Source: Candidatus Saccharibacteria bacterium RIFCSPHIGHO2_12_FULL_47_16b
GTDB taxonomy: Bacteria; Patescibacteriota; Saccharimonadia; Saccharimonadales; UBA10212
Direction: 5' to 3'
Assembly (NCBI GenBank): GCA_001790525.1
Contig: MGCU01000019.1
Coordinates: forward strand, 1-58,238
Length of the DNA: 58,238 bases
Shown: positions 38,271 to 47,633 of the stretch, piece after piece
Numbering within the stretch: the first letter of the stretch is position 1
How the letters are laid out: every line of letters begins with the position of its first letter
Program-made: the position numbers and the translations under genes
Notes under the pieces: model-generated
Databases searched by the model: none
The model's input: only the letters and a program-made list of their open reading frames with translations
Told to the model about the DNA's origin: nothing

Positions 38271-39281
38271 CTATACAACATCGGCATCCTCGGCAATCGC
38301 CATTTGCGGCGCTAACTGCTGGCTATGGTCTAAGCCGATGCTTTTAGCAGCTGTAATCATCTGCTCGGACGAATAAGCTCGATATTGCTCTAGTAATTTA
38401 TGCCAGAGGTGCTGGCCGGCGTGTTCAAAAGATCGGCCTTCATAGTCTTGAACTTGGAAAGAAGCTGCCACGTCAAATAAATTAAGCGAAACTGGCTGAT
38501 CGTCCAACCAAGCAACCAGATGTGAATTATCAGCCCACCAGGCAGCCGGCGGATAAATGGTACCAAGTTGGGCCATCATATCTTTTCCAACTAACTGCGA
38601 GGCTGATTGTAGGATCTGAGCCAGACTAACTAATGTCGGCTGATCGTGATAAAAAACGGCGATACTGCCAGACGGCTGATTGGAGACAACAGTCTGGTTG
38701 GATTCTGGCGACAGGTTTAAGGCCATTATGGTAATCGGGCTAAGCTGCCAATCGCTTGGCATAGACTGACTAAGCTGCTTGTCAAATTTCGCTTGCCAAG
38801 TTGGCGATTCGATTAATTCAGCTATTAGTAAAACCAGTCTGATGTCTGCCCGTTTAAGCATTGATTCTAGGGAGCGAAACTGAAGCAGTTTTTTAGTCTG
38901 GACTGGCGGCTGGGCCCTTAGCATCTGCTTGATATGACTATTTTTCAGTGTCCAAAGCATCTGGCCTTTTAAGCATAGCTTTGCAAGTTCTACGGCGATG
39001 TGAATTTTTTGGCTATATGTTGCCTGCCCGATTTTAAGCGCCTTATCAAGGTTTTGGCAGTCGGTGCTAAAGCGAGTTGCTAGTGCATGGTAGAGTTCTT
39101 TTGGCCTGGTGTCATCTGGATCAAGCCTAAGCTGCTTGAGCTTTTGCCGAACTTGACTATGGCTTAAAGCCAATAGGCGAACGTCCTCGCTCGGCCAACC
39201 AAGCGCCGTTTCCAGTTTGGCGATTTCGGCTGCCGCTTTATCGCCTAAGTCACCGAGGATATGAGCTATTTTATGAGTCAT
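38271..39281 (-). CDS. hypothetical protein
   Basis: 336-aa ORF, GGAGGT SD; no family recognised. Confidence 0.75.
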   Translation of the reverse strand: MTHKIAHILGDLGDKAAAEIAKLETALGWPSEDVRLLALSHSQVRQKLKQLRLDPDDTRPKELYHALATRFSTDCQNLDKALKIGQATYSQKIHIAVELAKLCLKGQMLWTLKNSHIKQMLRAQPPVQTKKLLQFRSLESMLKRADIRLVLLIAELIESPTWQAKFDKQLSQSMPSDWQLSPITIMALNLSPESNQTVVSNQPSGSIAVFYHDQPTLVSLAQILQSASQLVGKDMMAQLGTIYPPAAWWADNSHLVAWLDDQPVSLNLFDVAASFQVQDYEGRSFEHAGQHLWHKLLEQYRAYSSEQMITAAKSIGLDHSQQLAPQMAIAEDADVV

Positions 39282-39413
39282 CCCGGTTAGACCTCCGCTC
39301 CGCGGCAGATTGTAATAACAATCTTAGGTCTAACGGGATAGACCACGTTAGAAATCTGATTCGCTAAAAGCAAGTCAGAAATTTTTGATAAAAAGTTATT
39401 TCTAAGCGTGGTC
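39280..39413. repeat. tandem double-hairpin element, family B
   Basis: atcccggttagacct...aggtctaacgggat then gaccacgttagaaat...atttctaagcgtggtc; homologous to 46106-46290. Confidence 0.9.
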
Positions 39414-40424
39414 ATTGGTTAGCCTCCTTGGATGGTAGTTCTTTGGTGCTACTCTTAAATATTGCTCAATTTCGGCAAGCCTTAAAAGACCAGCTTGAGC
39501 GCCGATTCTTTGGACCACGCTCATCGAATTAATTGGCGCCCAAAGCAGCGCGCCTTCGATGTCGGCTCCTAGCATGATGGCAGCAACAAAGGTTGAGCTA
39601 AAAGCATCGCCGGCGCCAGTCCTATCATATGGCGGCGCCGGATCGGGATAAATCGGCATTTTGTATCGATTGGCTCCATCGCTAGCATAAGCTCCGGCAT
39701 GACCATCGGAAATCACCACAATCTTCGGGCCAAGTTGATGCAGTCTATCAAACAAATCATGAATATCTTCATGCTGGCCGCCAGAGATGGTCACCGCTTC
39801 TTCGCGATTAACCGCCAAAACCTCGGTCCGCTGGTAAATGTCTTTTAAGCGGCGTGGGCCGGTGGCAATTTGAAAAGTTCCGGGCTGAAAAGCCAGCTTG
39901 ACCGACTGATGAGCTGCCAGCCAATGGGCAATTTCATCGTGATACTCCATGGCCTGCTGACTGACAGAACTAAAATAAATCCATTTTGGAATATCGATAA
40001 TCCGAAAGCGCGGCCAGTGATAGTCATATTCCTCATGTTTAATCAAAATCGTCCGATCATCTTTGTACCAAAGCACGTAATGGTAGTTGGTCTTTTTACC
40101 ATGATTGATATGAACAAAACGGCTGTCAACCTTGGCAGCCTCCAGGGCTTTGATAATATCGCGACCCCAAGCGTCACTGCCAACATTGCTAACTAGTCCT
40201 GACTTTAGGCCAAGTTTGGCAAAAGCCACCGAGGCATTACTGGCATTACCAACAGCCGGAATAATCTCGGCAAAATCGTAGGGAATCTTGGTACCAAAAG
40301 GAATAGATAGGTCGGGCAAGCCGTCTTTGCCATATTCAATTTTTTCCTGGTCAGGTAAAAGTCGAATAAAAGCATCAATTACCACATCGCCTACTGATAA
40401 GACATCCAACTGCTGCTCTGCCAT
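39402..40424 (-). CDS. PfkB family carbohydrate kinase
   Basis: GNASNASVAFAKLG, VGSDAWG, NREEA, DRTGAGDAF. Confidence 0.93.
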   Translation of the reverse strand: MAEQQLDVLSVGDVVIDAFIRLLPDQEKIEYGKDGLPDLSIPFGTKIPYDFAEIIPAVGNASNASVAFAKLGLKSGLVSNVGSDAWGRDIIKALEAAKVDSRFVHINHGKKTNYHYVLWYKDDRTILIKHEEYDYHWPRFRIIDIPKWIYFSSVSQQAMEYHDEIAHWLAAHQSVKLAFQPGTFQIATGPRRLKDIYQRTEVLAVNREEAVTISGGQHEDIHDLFDRLHQLGPKIVVISDGHAGAYASDGANRYKMPIYPDPAPPYDRTGAGDAFSSTFVAAIMLGADIEGALLWAPINSMSVVQRIGAQAGLLRLAEIEQYLRVAPKNYHPRRLTNDHA

Positions 40425-40515
40425 AGTACTTACGGTTATTCTAGCACAGCCTTATCTATAAATTGTCCGAAGCTGTTGTAAAAATTATTAAACTAACTTG
40501 ATCCGCGCTGAAAAA

Positions 40516-40559
40516 GCAGCGTCCATAATTTTGACATATGTCAAAATTATGGACGCTGC
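40516..40559. terminator. perfect 44-bp palindrome, probable terminator of fba
   Basis: gcagcgtccataattttgacatatgtcaaaattatggacgctgc followed by T5 on the minus strand; homologous to 57661-57696. Confidence 0.75.
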
Positions 40560-40566
40560 AACACCT

Positions 40567-41475
40567 CTAAAGTTTGGCTTTGCCGGCGGAGTTAAACATA
40601 TCAATTTTGTCTTCCACAACTTTTTGAACTTGCTCAATTACCTGGCCCATTAATTTAACCACGGCGTATTCGGTTTTATTCTCGGCTAAAACCTTTTCCA
40701 GGGTGCGCCGGTAAGCCACTCGCATATCACTGTTGATGTTAATTTTGGTAACACCGATTTTAACCGCTTCGGCAAAATAATGGGCCGGCGTACCACTGCC
40801 GCCATGCAGACTGATATGGCAATTAATTGCCTGCCGAATTTGTTTTAATAAATCAAGATTTAACTTTTTAGGTACTGGATAAAGCCCGTGTAGGTTACCG
40901 ACTTGGGCGGCAAATGTGTCGATGCCGGTTTGTGCGACAAAGTCGGCAGCCTCGGCTGGTTTGGTCTCAAATTTCTTAACTTCATCATAATCAATTTTTT
41001 CGGTATGGACATTAGACGAACCCATAAAATAGTGCTCCTCGGCTTCAACCAGCGCGCCGGTTTTCTTTGCGGCTGCCACAACCTGCTTGGTGCCGGCAAT
41101 AATTTCGGCCCGCGTAGCGCTATGCTTAGCTTGCGAAATATCAATGTGAATGCATTCAAAACCGGCCTCAATACCAGCGATGGCGGCTTCGACGCTTGGG
41201 CTGTGATCCAAATTAATATACATTTCAATGTCATAATCAGCTTTGTAGTTATCAACTAGGTCGCGAACATTGTTAAGCCCAATGGCCTCAACTTCGCCTT
41301 GACTAACCTCGACCAGCACCGACGCTTTTTTGGCTAGAGCCGCTTTGACTACCGCTACCAGAGTTTCTTGATTATCCAAATTAAAAGCGCCCAGCGCGTA
41401 ATGTCCTTTCCGAGCCCGGGCCAAAGCATCCCGGGCGGCCCGGCAGTCTTTTTTAATTTTTGTCAAATTAGCCAT
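40567..41475 (-). CDS. fba: class II fructose-bisphosphate aldolase
   Basis: LGAFN, NLDH, VGNLHGLY, LHGGSG, KININSDMR. Confidence 0.93.
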   Translation of the reverse strand: MANLTKIKKDCRAARDALARARKGHYALGAFNLDNQETLVAVVKAALAKKASVLVEVSQGEVEAIGLNNVRDLVDNYKADYDIEMYINLDHSPSVEAAIAGIEAGFECIHIDISQAKHSATRAEIIAGTKQVVAAAKKTGALVEAEEHYFMGSSNVHTEKIDYDEVKKFETKPAEAADFVAQTGIDTFAAQVGNLHGLYPVPKKLNLDLLKQIRQAINCHISLHGGSGTPAHYFAEAVKIGVTKININSDMRVAYRRTLEKVLAENKTEYAVVKLMGQVIEQVQKVVEDKIDMFNSAGKAKL

Positions 41476-42454
41476 CAGTGCGAGCCTTCCGGTGAGTCGT
41501 CAACATATGCTGGGCGGCTTCGGCAATATGGTTAGCGTCCAAACCAAAATGCTTGATCAGTTCGTCTGGATTGCCGGACTCGCCAAAGCGGTCGGCCATG
41601 CCAATTCTAAATAGCCTAGTCGGCCAATGTTCGCTCAAAACCTCGGCTACGGCACCGCCGAGTCCGCCGGCGATTTGGTGCTCTTCAACCGAGATAACCA
41701 AACCGGTTTTTTTGGCGCTGGCTAGGATTGTTACCTCATCCAGTGGTTTGATGGTAGGCACATGCACAACTTCGGCCTTGATACCGTCGGCAGTTAAAAG
41801 CTTGGCGGCGGCCAGAGCTTGATAAGTCATCGTGCCGGTAGCGGTTATCGAAATGTCATTACCAGATTTATAAACGTAAGCCTTACCAATTTTGAACGGC
41901 GTTTTATCAGTTGTAATTATTGGCGTGGCTTCACGGGCTAAACGCAGATAATTTGGCCGCCTGTCAACCGCCATGGCTAAAGTGGCTTTGGCTGCCTCAA
42001 TGCTGTCGCAAGGAGAAATAACTACCATATTCGGTAGCACTCTCATCAAAGCAATGTCTTCCAGCATTTGGTGCGTGGCGCCGTCTGGACCAACACTAAC
42101 TCCAGCATGCGAGCCAATTATTTTAACCGGCCGATCATTTAAGGCAATGGTGGTTCTAATTTGTTCCCAGTTGCGGCCGGGGCTAAAAGCGGCGTAGCTG
42201 GAAACAAACGGAATTTTGCCCATCGCCGCCAGTCCTGCTCCGGCAGTCACTAAATTTTGTTCGGCCACGCCAACTTCGATAAAGCGGTCAGGAAAAGCTT
42301 CGGCAAATAGATGCATTTGGGTGGATTCGGTCAAATCGGCACAAGCTGCCACTACATTGTCATAGCGCTGCCCTGCTAGCAGCAGACCGCGGCCGAAGCC
42401 TTTGCGGATGGGCTCGGTCACCTTCCAATCGCGCCTAAGATGCATATCAGGCAT
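41468..42454 (-). CDS. transketolase C-terminal subunit
   Basis: ADLTEST, EVGVAEQN, GPDGATHQ, TIKPLD, EEHQIAGGLG; start near 42454/42457 (GAGGGAG SD). Confidence 0.93.
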   Translation of the reverse strand: MPDMHLRRDWKVTEPIRKGFGRGLLLAGQRYDNVVAACADLTESTQMHLFAEAFPDRFIEVGVAEQNLVTAGAGLAAMGKIPFVSSYAAFSPGRNWEQIRTTIALNDRPVKIIGSHAGVSVGPDGATHQMLEDIALMRVLPNMVVISPCDSIEAAKATLAMAVDRRPNYLRLAREATPIITTDKTPFKIGKAYVYKSGNDISITATGTMTYQALAAAKLLTADGIKAEVVHVPTIKPLDEVTILASAKKTGLVISVEEHQIAGGLGGAVAEVLSEHWPTRLFRIGMADRFGESGNPDELIKHFGLDANHIAEAAQHMLTTHRKARTDG

Positions 42455-42547
42455 CAAGACGCTCCCTCGATGCAATTAACAATAAACAATCAACAATAAA
42501 CAGGCTTTTATGTTTTTTGCTTATTGTTTTTTGCTTATTGTTCATTA

Positions 42548-43408
42548 TCATTGGTGCTCGCCTTTTATTTTGCCACCAAGCGTTCGCAGTTCATGTATCG
42601 CCATCTTGGCTTCGGCATGCGATGGCGGTTCGCCGTGCCAATGAAAGTCGTACTCCATAAAATCAATACCTTTGCCCGGAATGGTATGAGCCAAAATCAT
42701 GACCGGCTGGTTGGCCACGGCTTTGGCCATCTGACAGGCATTAATGACGGCTTCAATATCATTACCGTCAATCTCGATGATATACCAGCCAAAAGCTTCC
42801 CATTTACGCTTAAGATTTTCTAGCGGCATAACCGTTTCGGTTGGACCGTCTATCTGAATATTATTGCGATCGGTAATCGCGATGAGATTACTCAACTTAT
42901 ATTTGGCGGCTAGCATGGCCGCTTCCCAAGTATTGCCTTCGTCTTGTTCGCCGTCGCTCATGACCACGTATACAAACCGATGGCTGATCTTATCCATCTT
43001 CAGGGCCAAAGCCATACCGCTGGCTTGGGATAACCCGCAGCCCAAAGGACCACTGGTTGTCTCCATGCCAGGCAGTCGCAAGCGCTCCGGGTGGCCTTGC
43101 AGGCGCGAGCCGAATTTCCTTAAGGTTTGTAACTCTTCCAGCGGAAAATAGCCGGCTCGAGCCATTGCCGCATAACGGACTGGAACGCAATGACCGTTAC
43201 TTAGTATTAAAATGTCGCGATGCGGCCAATCTGGGTTTTTGGGATCATGAGTTAAAACAGAAAAATAAAGGGCTGTAAAAATATCGGCTAGACCTAAGGG
43301 GCCAGCCGAATGGCCGCTACCAGCCCGCTCTAGCATTTTAATAATGTCTTCACGCATTAGTTCGGCAATTTTTTGCAGTTCGGCAGTAGAATATTCCCTC
43401 TGAACCAT
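42548..43408 (-). CDS. transketolase N-terminal subunit
   Basis: GSGHSAG, LSNGH, LQGHP, SDGEQDEG ThDP motif, DRNNIQIDG, KGIDFME..WHG; start refined to ATG 43408. Confidence 0.93.
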   Translation of the reverse strand: MVQREYSTAELQKIAELMREDIIKMLERAGSGHSAGPLGLADIFTALYFSVLTHDPKNPDWPHRDILILSNGHCVPVRYAAMARAGYFPLEELQTLRKFGSRLQGHPERLRLPGMETTSGPLGCGLSQASGMALALKMDKISHRFVYVVMSDGEQDEGNTWEAAMLAAKYKLSNLIAITDRNNIQIDGPTETVMPLENLKRKWEAFGWYIIEIDGNDIEAVINACQMAKAVANQPVMILAHTIPGKGIDFMEYDFHWHGEPPSHAEAKMAIHELRTLGGKIKGEHQ

Positions 43409-43523
43409 CTTGCTAATGATTATACAGAAAAATGCCTGCGGCATTTTTAGTCACCAGTCATCAGGCATCAGTCTCTAAGCTAGCGACTTGCGACTAGTGA
43501 CTAGTGACTAGTGACTACAACCG

Positions 43524-44168
43524 TTAGGTTGTGCCGGTTTCGTCGGCGATGCGCTGGAGGACTTTAAAGGCTTTAGCTGGGTTGTCGCTATTTTGAATGT
43601 AGCCGCCAACGCTTAGAACATCAACGCCACCATAAACCAATTCGGCCACGGTTTGATCATTCACCCCGCCATCCCAACCGACTTCCACATCCGGCTTGAG
43701 ACTCTTTAGATATTTAACTTTCTCTAACAAGCTAAAATTAGCTCTGCCACCGAAGCTGCCAAAAACACCGCTAAAAATAAGCACATGGTCCAGCCTTGAT
43801 AGAACACTCTCTATCACGGTTGGCGGTGTTGACGCCAAGAGGGCTACGCCAATTTTGGTCTGGTGCTCGGCACAAAGTTCGGCAATATCTTCAAATATTC
43901 CCTCGGCTTCAGCATGAACGATAATCAAATTGGGCCGATGTTTAATTACAGCCGTAGCAGCTTTGAGCGGATAACGGTACATCAAATGAATATCAGCCTT
44001 CATACCGGCCGGCCACCAAGCCTTTGTCGGACTAATGGTTTTGCTCTTGGCGAGATCGCCATCGGTTAAGTCAATTTGTAACCTATGAGCCACATGAGCA
44101 ATTTTTTTTATCTGCCAAGCATAGTCTTCGGTATTGTCTGCTAAAATCGTCGGGCAGATGATCGGCAT
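43524..44168 (-). CDS. rpe: ribulose-phosphate 3-epimerase
   Basis: PTIL, QIDLTDG, DIHLM, VHAE, WDGGVN; pentose-phosphate cluster context. Confidence 0.9.
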   Translation of the reverse strand: MPIICPTILADNTEDYAWQIKKIAHVAHRLQIDLTDGDLAKSKTISPTKAWWPAGMKADIHLMYRYPLKAATAVIKHRPNLIIVHAEAEGIFEDIAELCAEHQTKIGVALLASTPPTVIESVLSRLDHVLIFSGVFGSFGGRANFSLLEKVKYLKSLKPDVEVGWDGGVNDQTVAELVYGGVDVLSVGGYIQNSDNPAKAFKVLQRIADETGTT

Positions 44169-44304
44169 ATGTCGCTCCCTTAGTCGCTCCCAAACTCTAA
44201 GTTCGAAATTCTAAATTCTAAGGTTTGAAATTTGGGATTTAGAACTTGGGATTTGTTTAGAAATTCGGACTTAGGAATTAAAATTTGAAATGACGTAGTC
44301 ATTT

Positions 44305-44796
44305 TTAGGCCTCGTCAAGTTTTTGGTGTCGTCTGATATGGCGCGGTTCGTTTGAAAAAGGTGTTTCTAGCCATGCTTTGATAACTTTTTTCATCTCGTC
44401 AACGCTAACGTAGCTGGCCGCTATAGCAAACATATTGGCATCATTATGTTGACGGCTTTTTTTAATAACTTCGTATGGATCAGTACTGGTCTCACCGCTG
44501 GCGTCAACCGCCTCGATTGGCACAGCCGGGCCATAATAAAGGCCGCAACGGACAGCCTTAATTCGATTAGCAGCCATGGCCTCGGCTTGACCGCTTCGCC
44601 CTAGAATAATGCCAAACTGACATTGGCCGGCAGCTACGGCTTTGGCAGCCGGCATAATAAAATCCGGATAATCGTCGTCCGGATCATACTGTTTTGGTCC
44701 AAAGTCCTCACACTCGTGACCAAGGGACTGTAAATAACTTTTAAGCTCTTTGAGCTGCTCGTAACCAGCATGGTCGGTCGCTAGCGCAATCTTCAT
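44305..44796 (-). CDS. rpiB: ribose-5-phosphate isomerase B
   Basis: ATDHAG, DDYPD, GRSGQAE, ANRIKAVR, RQHNDAN, RHIRR. Confidence 0.92.
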   Translation of the reverse strand: MKIALATDHAGYEQLKELKSYLQSLGHECEDFGPKQYDPDDDYPDFIMPAAKAVAAGQCQFGIILGRSGQAEAMAANRIKAVRCGLYYGPAVPIEAVDASGETSTDPYEVIKKSRQHNDANMFAIAASYVSVDEMKKVIKAWLETPFSNEPRHIRRHQKLDEA

Positions 44797-44814
44797 AGTT
44801 TTATTATGACATGC

Positions 44815-46107
44815 CTAGAATTTGTGAAAACCGTCAATGTTGCTTGGTCGGGCGCCCGGGTCTTTAAATTCGTCCTCCGGTGATTTAGGTGGTTCCGGTT
44901 TTGACGGCAAGGGCGCATCTTCGGCCAACGGTTCTTCTTTAACTTCGGCGTCGGGCATGGGCTCGGTCTTTTCTGGCTCGGGCAAAAAATCTTCAGTTTC
45001 CGGAGCCTCCAATAACTCTTCTTCGGTTGCTTTTGCTTCTGGCTCGTCCGCTACCTTAGCTGGCTTATCTTCGTCGGCCGCAGCTTCGGCAGAATCCCCG
45101 CCAAGCGTTTTGGCGGCATCGGCCGCAACTTCAACTAATCGGTTGGAGTAGCCCCACTCGTTGTCATACCAGGCTACTACTTTTAGCAAGTTGCTGCCAA
45201 CGACATCTGTCAATCCTAGATCGACGATAGCTGAATGGCTGTTGCCGATAAAATCGCTACTAACTAGCGGCTCTTCGGTGACGGCTAAAATCCCTTGATA
45301 GTACGGGTCGGCGGCGGCTTTTTTGAAGGCTTCATTAACCTCTTCTTTAGTAACGTCACGCTTGGTGACTATGACAAAGTCGGCCAATGAAACAACTGGC
45401 GTAGGCACTCTGATAGCCAGACCATTAAAGATACCCTGCATTTCTGGAATGGCCTCGGCTACAGCTTTGCTGGCACCAGTAGTTGTCGGCACAATGTTGG
45501 TGGCCGCATTCCGCGCACGGCGCAGATCCTTGTGCGGTGCATCTTGAAGTCGTTGATCGGCAGTGTAGCTATGGATGGTCGTCATCATGGCCTTTTCAAT
45601 GCCAAAACTCTCTTCTATCACGGCTATAACTGGAGTTATACAATTGGTAGTACAGCTGCCGTTGTCGATGACATCGCTGGCGCCCTCAAGCTTATCCTCG
45701 TTGACACCTAGAACAATGGTGGTCGCGCCTTCGCCTTTGGCCGGGGCCGAAATTATAACTTTCTTAGCTCCAGCCTCAATGTGAGCTTTGGCTTTCTCGG
45801 GGTCCACAAATAGACCAGTTGATTCAATGACGACAGCTACTCCCAGATCTTTCCAAGGCAGTTTAGACGGCTCCTTTTCGGCCAGCACTCGAATTGATTG
45901 ACCGTCAACAATGATGTTCTGGTCGTCAAAGCTAACCTCACGCTGATATTCGCCGTAGTTGCTGTCGTGCTTGAGCAGATGGGCTAAAGTCTTGGTGTCG
46001 GTAATATCATTGATGGCCGCTACTTCAATATCATCGCGTTCAAAAGCTATCTTAAAGGCACAACGACCGACTCGGCCAAAGCCATTAATACCAATTTTGG
46101 TCTTCAT
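44815..46107 (-). CDS. gap: type I glyceraldehyde-3-phosphate dehydrogenase with acidic C-terminal tail
   Basis: GINGFGRVGR, ESTG, SCTTNC, WYDNEWGYS. Confidence 0.97.
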   Translation of the reverse strand: MKTKIGINGFGRVGRCAFKIAFERDDIEVAAINDITDTKTLAHLLKHDSNYGEYQREVSFDDQNIIVDGQSIRVLAEKEPSKLPWKDLGVAVVIESTGLFVDPEKAKAHIEAGAKKVIISAPAKGEGATTIVLGVNEDKLEGASDVIDNGSCTTNCITPVIAVIEESFGIEKAMMTTIHSYTADQRLQDAPHKDLRRARNAATNIVPTTTGASKAVAEAIPEMQGIFNGLAIRVPTPVVSLADFVIVTKRDVTKEEVNEAFKKAAADPYYQGILAVTEEPLVSSDFIGNSHSAIVDLGLTDVVGSNLLKVVAWYDNEWGYSNRLVEVAADAAKTLGGDSAEAAADEDKPAKVADEPEAKATEEELLEAPETEDFLPEPEKTEPMPDAEVKEEPLAEDAPLPSKPEPPKSPEDEFKDPGARPSNIDGFHKF

Positions 46108-46290
46108 CCCGATTAGACCTCAGCCTTCATCATCATAATTAGTTTTACATTGAAGTTAATCACGTTTTCTGGTGCCAATAAACAACCGCCAGCTTTTAGG
46201 TGAGGTCTAACGGGATAAACCCCGTTAGAAATCTGATTCGCAGTTAGCGAATCAGAAATTTTCGCAAGAAAGTCATTTCTAATCGGGGTC
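46106..46290. repeat. tandem double-hairpin element, family B
   Basis: atcccgattagacctca...tgaggtctaacgggat then accccgttagaaat...atttctaatcggggt. Confidence 0.9.
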
Positions 46291-46357
46291 ATCGGTGCCC
46301 ACTTTTATCATGTGGCTTGATTATATACTGCTTAAGTTGCGCCTGCCAAGATTTTTG

Positions 46358-46948
46358 TTAGCGATCAACTTCTTGACCGTCAAATTCCGGTAGATTTTTT
46401 AGCTCGCCCAAGGAATTAACATTCTCAAATATCTCTTTAGAAGATTTAAGAAAGCCTGCCCCGCTTTGCACCAGACTTTTAAGCTCATCAAAGCTAACCA
46501 AACGAACAGTGATTTTCTCGCCGGAATCCAGTTTTGGTTCAGTCTTTTTCTGCCCGTCCAAGGCTAAATAAAAATAAACAAACCATTCCAGTTTAACGTG
46601 CGGCTGATAAACGTAAACCAGTCGCCAGTCACTAAATTGATAGCCGGTTTCTTCTTTGACTTCGCGCTTGGTAGCCTCGAGTGTTGAGCTATCGGACTCA
46701 TCAACTCGGCCGGCCGGAAAAGCCACTCTTTCACCAACATTGGGCTGTTCATAATCAATTACTAAAATTCGATCTTCAACAATGCAAATAGCGATGACTG
46801 TGTCCGGCCGTTTGAGCATTTCGAATGTTGCACTGCTGCCGTCAAACATTTTCTGCGGCCATTGATAAACATCAAAAATCTGACCGGCAAATACTTGCTT
46901 GGCCTGCTTCGGAATAAGCACGGCATCTTTAGGCGCGGTTTTTTTCAT
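46358..46948 (-). CDS. Nudix hydrolase (ADP-ribose pyrophosphatase-like)
   Basis: FPAGRVD...ATKREVKEETG Nudix box. Confidence 0.9.
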   Translation of the reverse strand: MKKTAPKDAVLIPKQAKQVFAGQIFDVYQWPQKMFDGSSATFEMLKRPDTVIAICIVEDRILVIDYEQPNVGERVAFPAGRVDESDSSTLEATKREVKEETGYQFSDWRLVYVYQPHVKLEWFVYFYLALDGQKKTEPKLDSGEKITVRLVSFDELKSLVQSGAGFLKSSKEIFENVNSLGELKNLPEFDGQEVDR

Positions 46949-46951
46949 CGA

Positions 46952-47482
46952 TTAGGTCTTAGCGCGTTCAATGCACTCGGCGATGATTTTTTTAGCTTCT
47001 TCAACATTACCCCAACCTAAAACCTTAGCCTTACCCGGCACGTAAAGATCTTTGTAGTGATTGAAGTGATGTTCGACCTTTTCTTTCCATCGTTTGGGCA
47101 AATCATCAAGTGTTTTAATAGCATCACCACTGTTTCTATCATCGGCCGGCACGACGACAATTTTGTGATCCATGCCCTTCTCATCTTGAAAGTTCAAAAT
47201 ACCAATAATTCTAGCCTCCAACCAAACGCCTGTTTCCAGAGCATTTTTAGTCACGATTAAGCTGTCAAGTTCATCACCATCTTCATCGAGTGTCTGTGGG
47301 ATAAAACCGTAGTTGGCCGGTTTTGGAAAAATCGAAGGTTCAACCCGGTCTAAGACAAAAGCGGCGCGCTCACGGTCCCACTCGATTTTATTGGTTGAGC
47401 CCTTAGGAATTTCTACGACGGTATTCACCAAGCCTTGCTGGTAATCGCCGGGTTCCAAAACCTTGTTAAAATCAGGCATCAA
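46952..47482 (-). CDS. ppa: inorganic pyrophosphatase, family I
   Basis: VEIPKGS.NKIE, LDRV, NYGFIPQTLDEDGDELD, DHKI, FNHYKDL. Confidence 0.95.
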   Translation of the reverse strand: MMPDFNKVLEPGDYQQGLVNTVVEIPKGSTNKIEWDRERAAFVLDRVEPSIFPKPANYGFIPQTLDEDGDELDSLIVTKNALETGVWLEARIIGILNFQDEKGMDHKIVVVPADDRNSGDAIKTLDDLPKRWKEKVEHHFNHYKDLYVPGKAKVLGWGNVEEAKKIIAECIERAKT

Positions 47483-47633
47483 GTACTCCTTTTAGTCGCT
47501 TCAAGCACGAAGCTCGAAGTTCTAAACTCTAAACCTTGTAATCTAGAATTTGGAACTTGGGATTTGTTTAGGTTTTCGGATTTAGAATTTAGAGTTTGCA
47601 TATTTCACTACTCATTATTGTACTATAAGAAAT

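Noticed and set aside
40516-40559. dif site or hairpin telomere site
   Set aside because: Does not fit the 11-6-11 XerCD layout, occurs twice, and sits in terminator position
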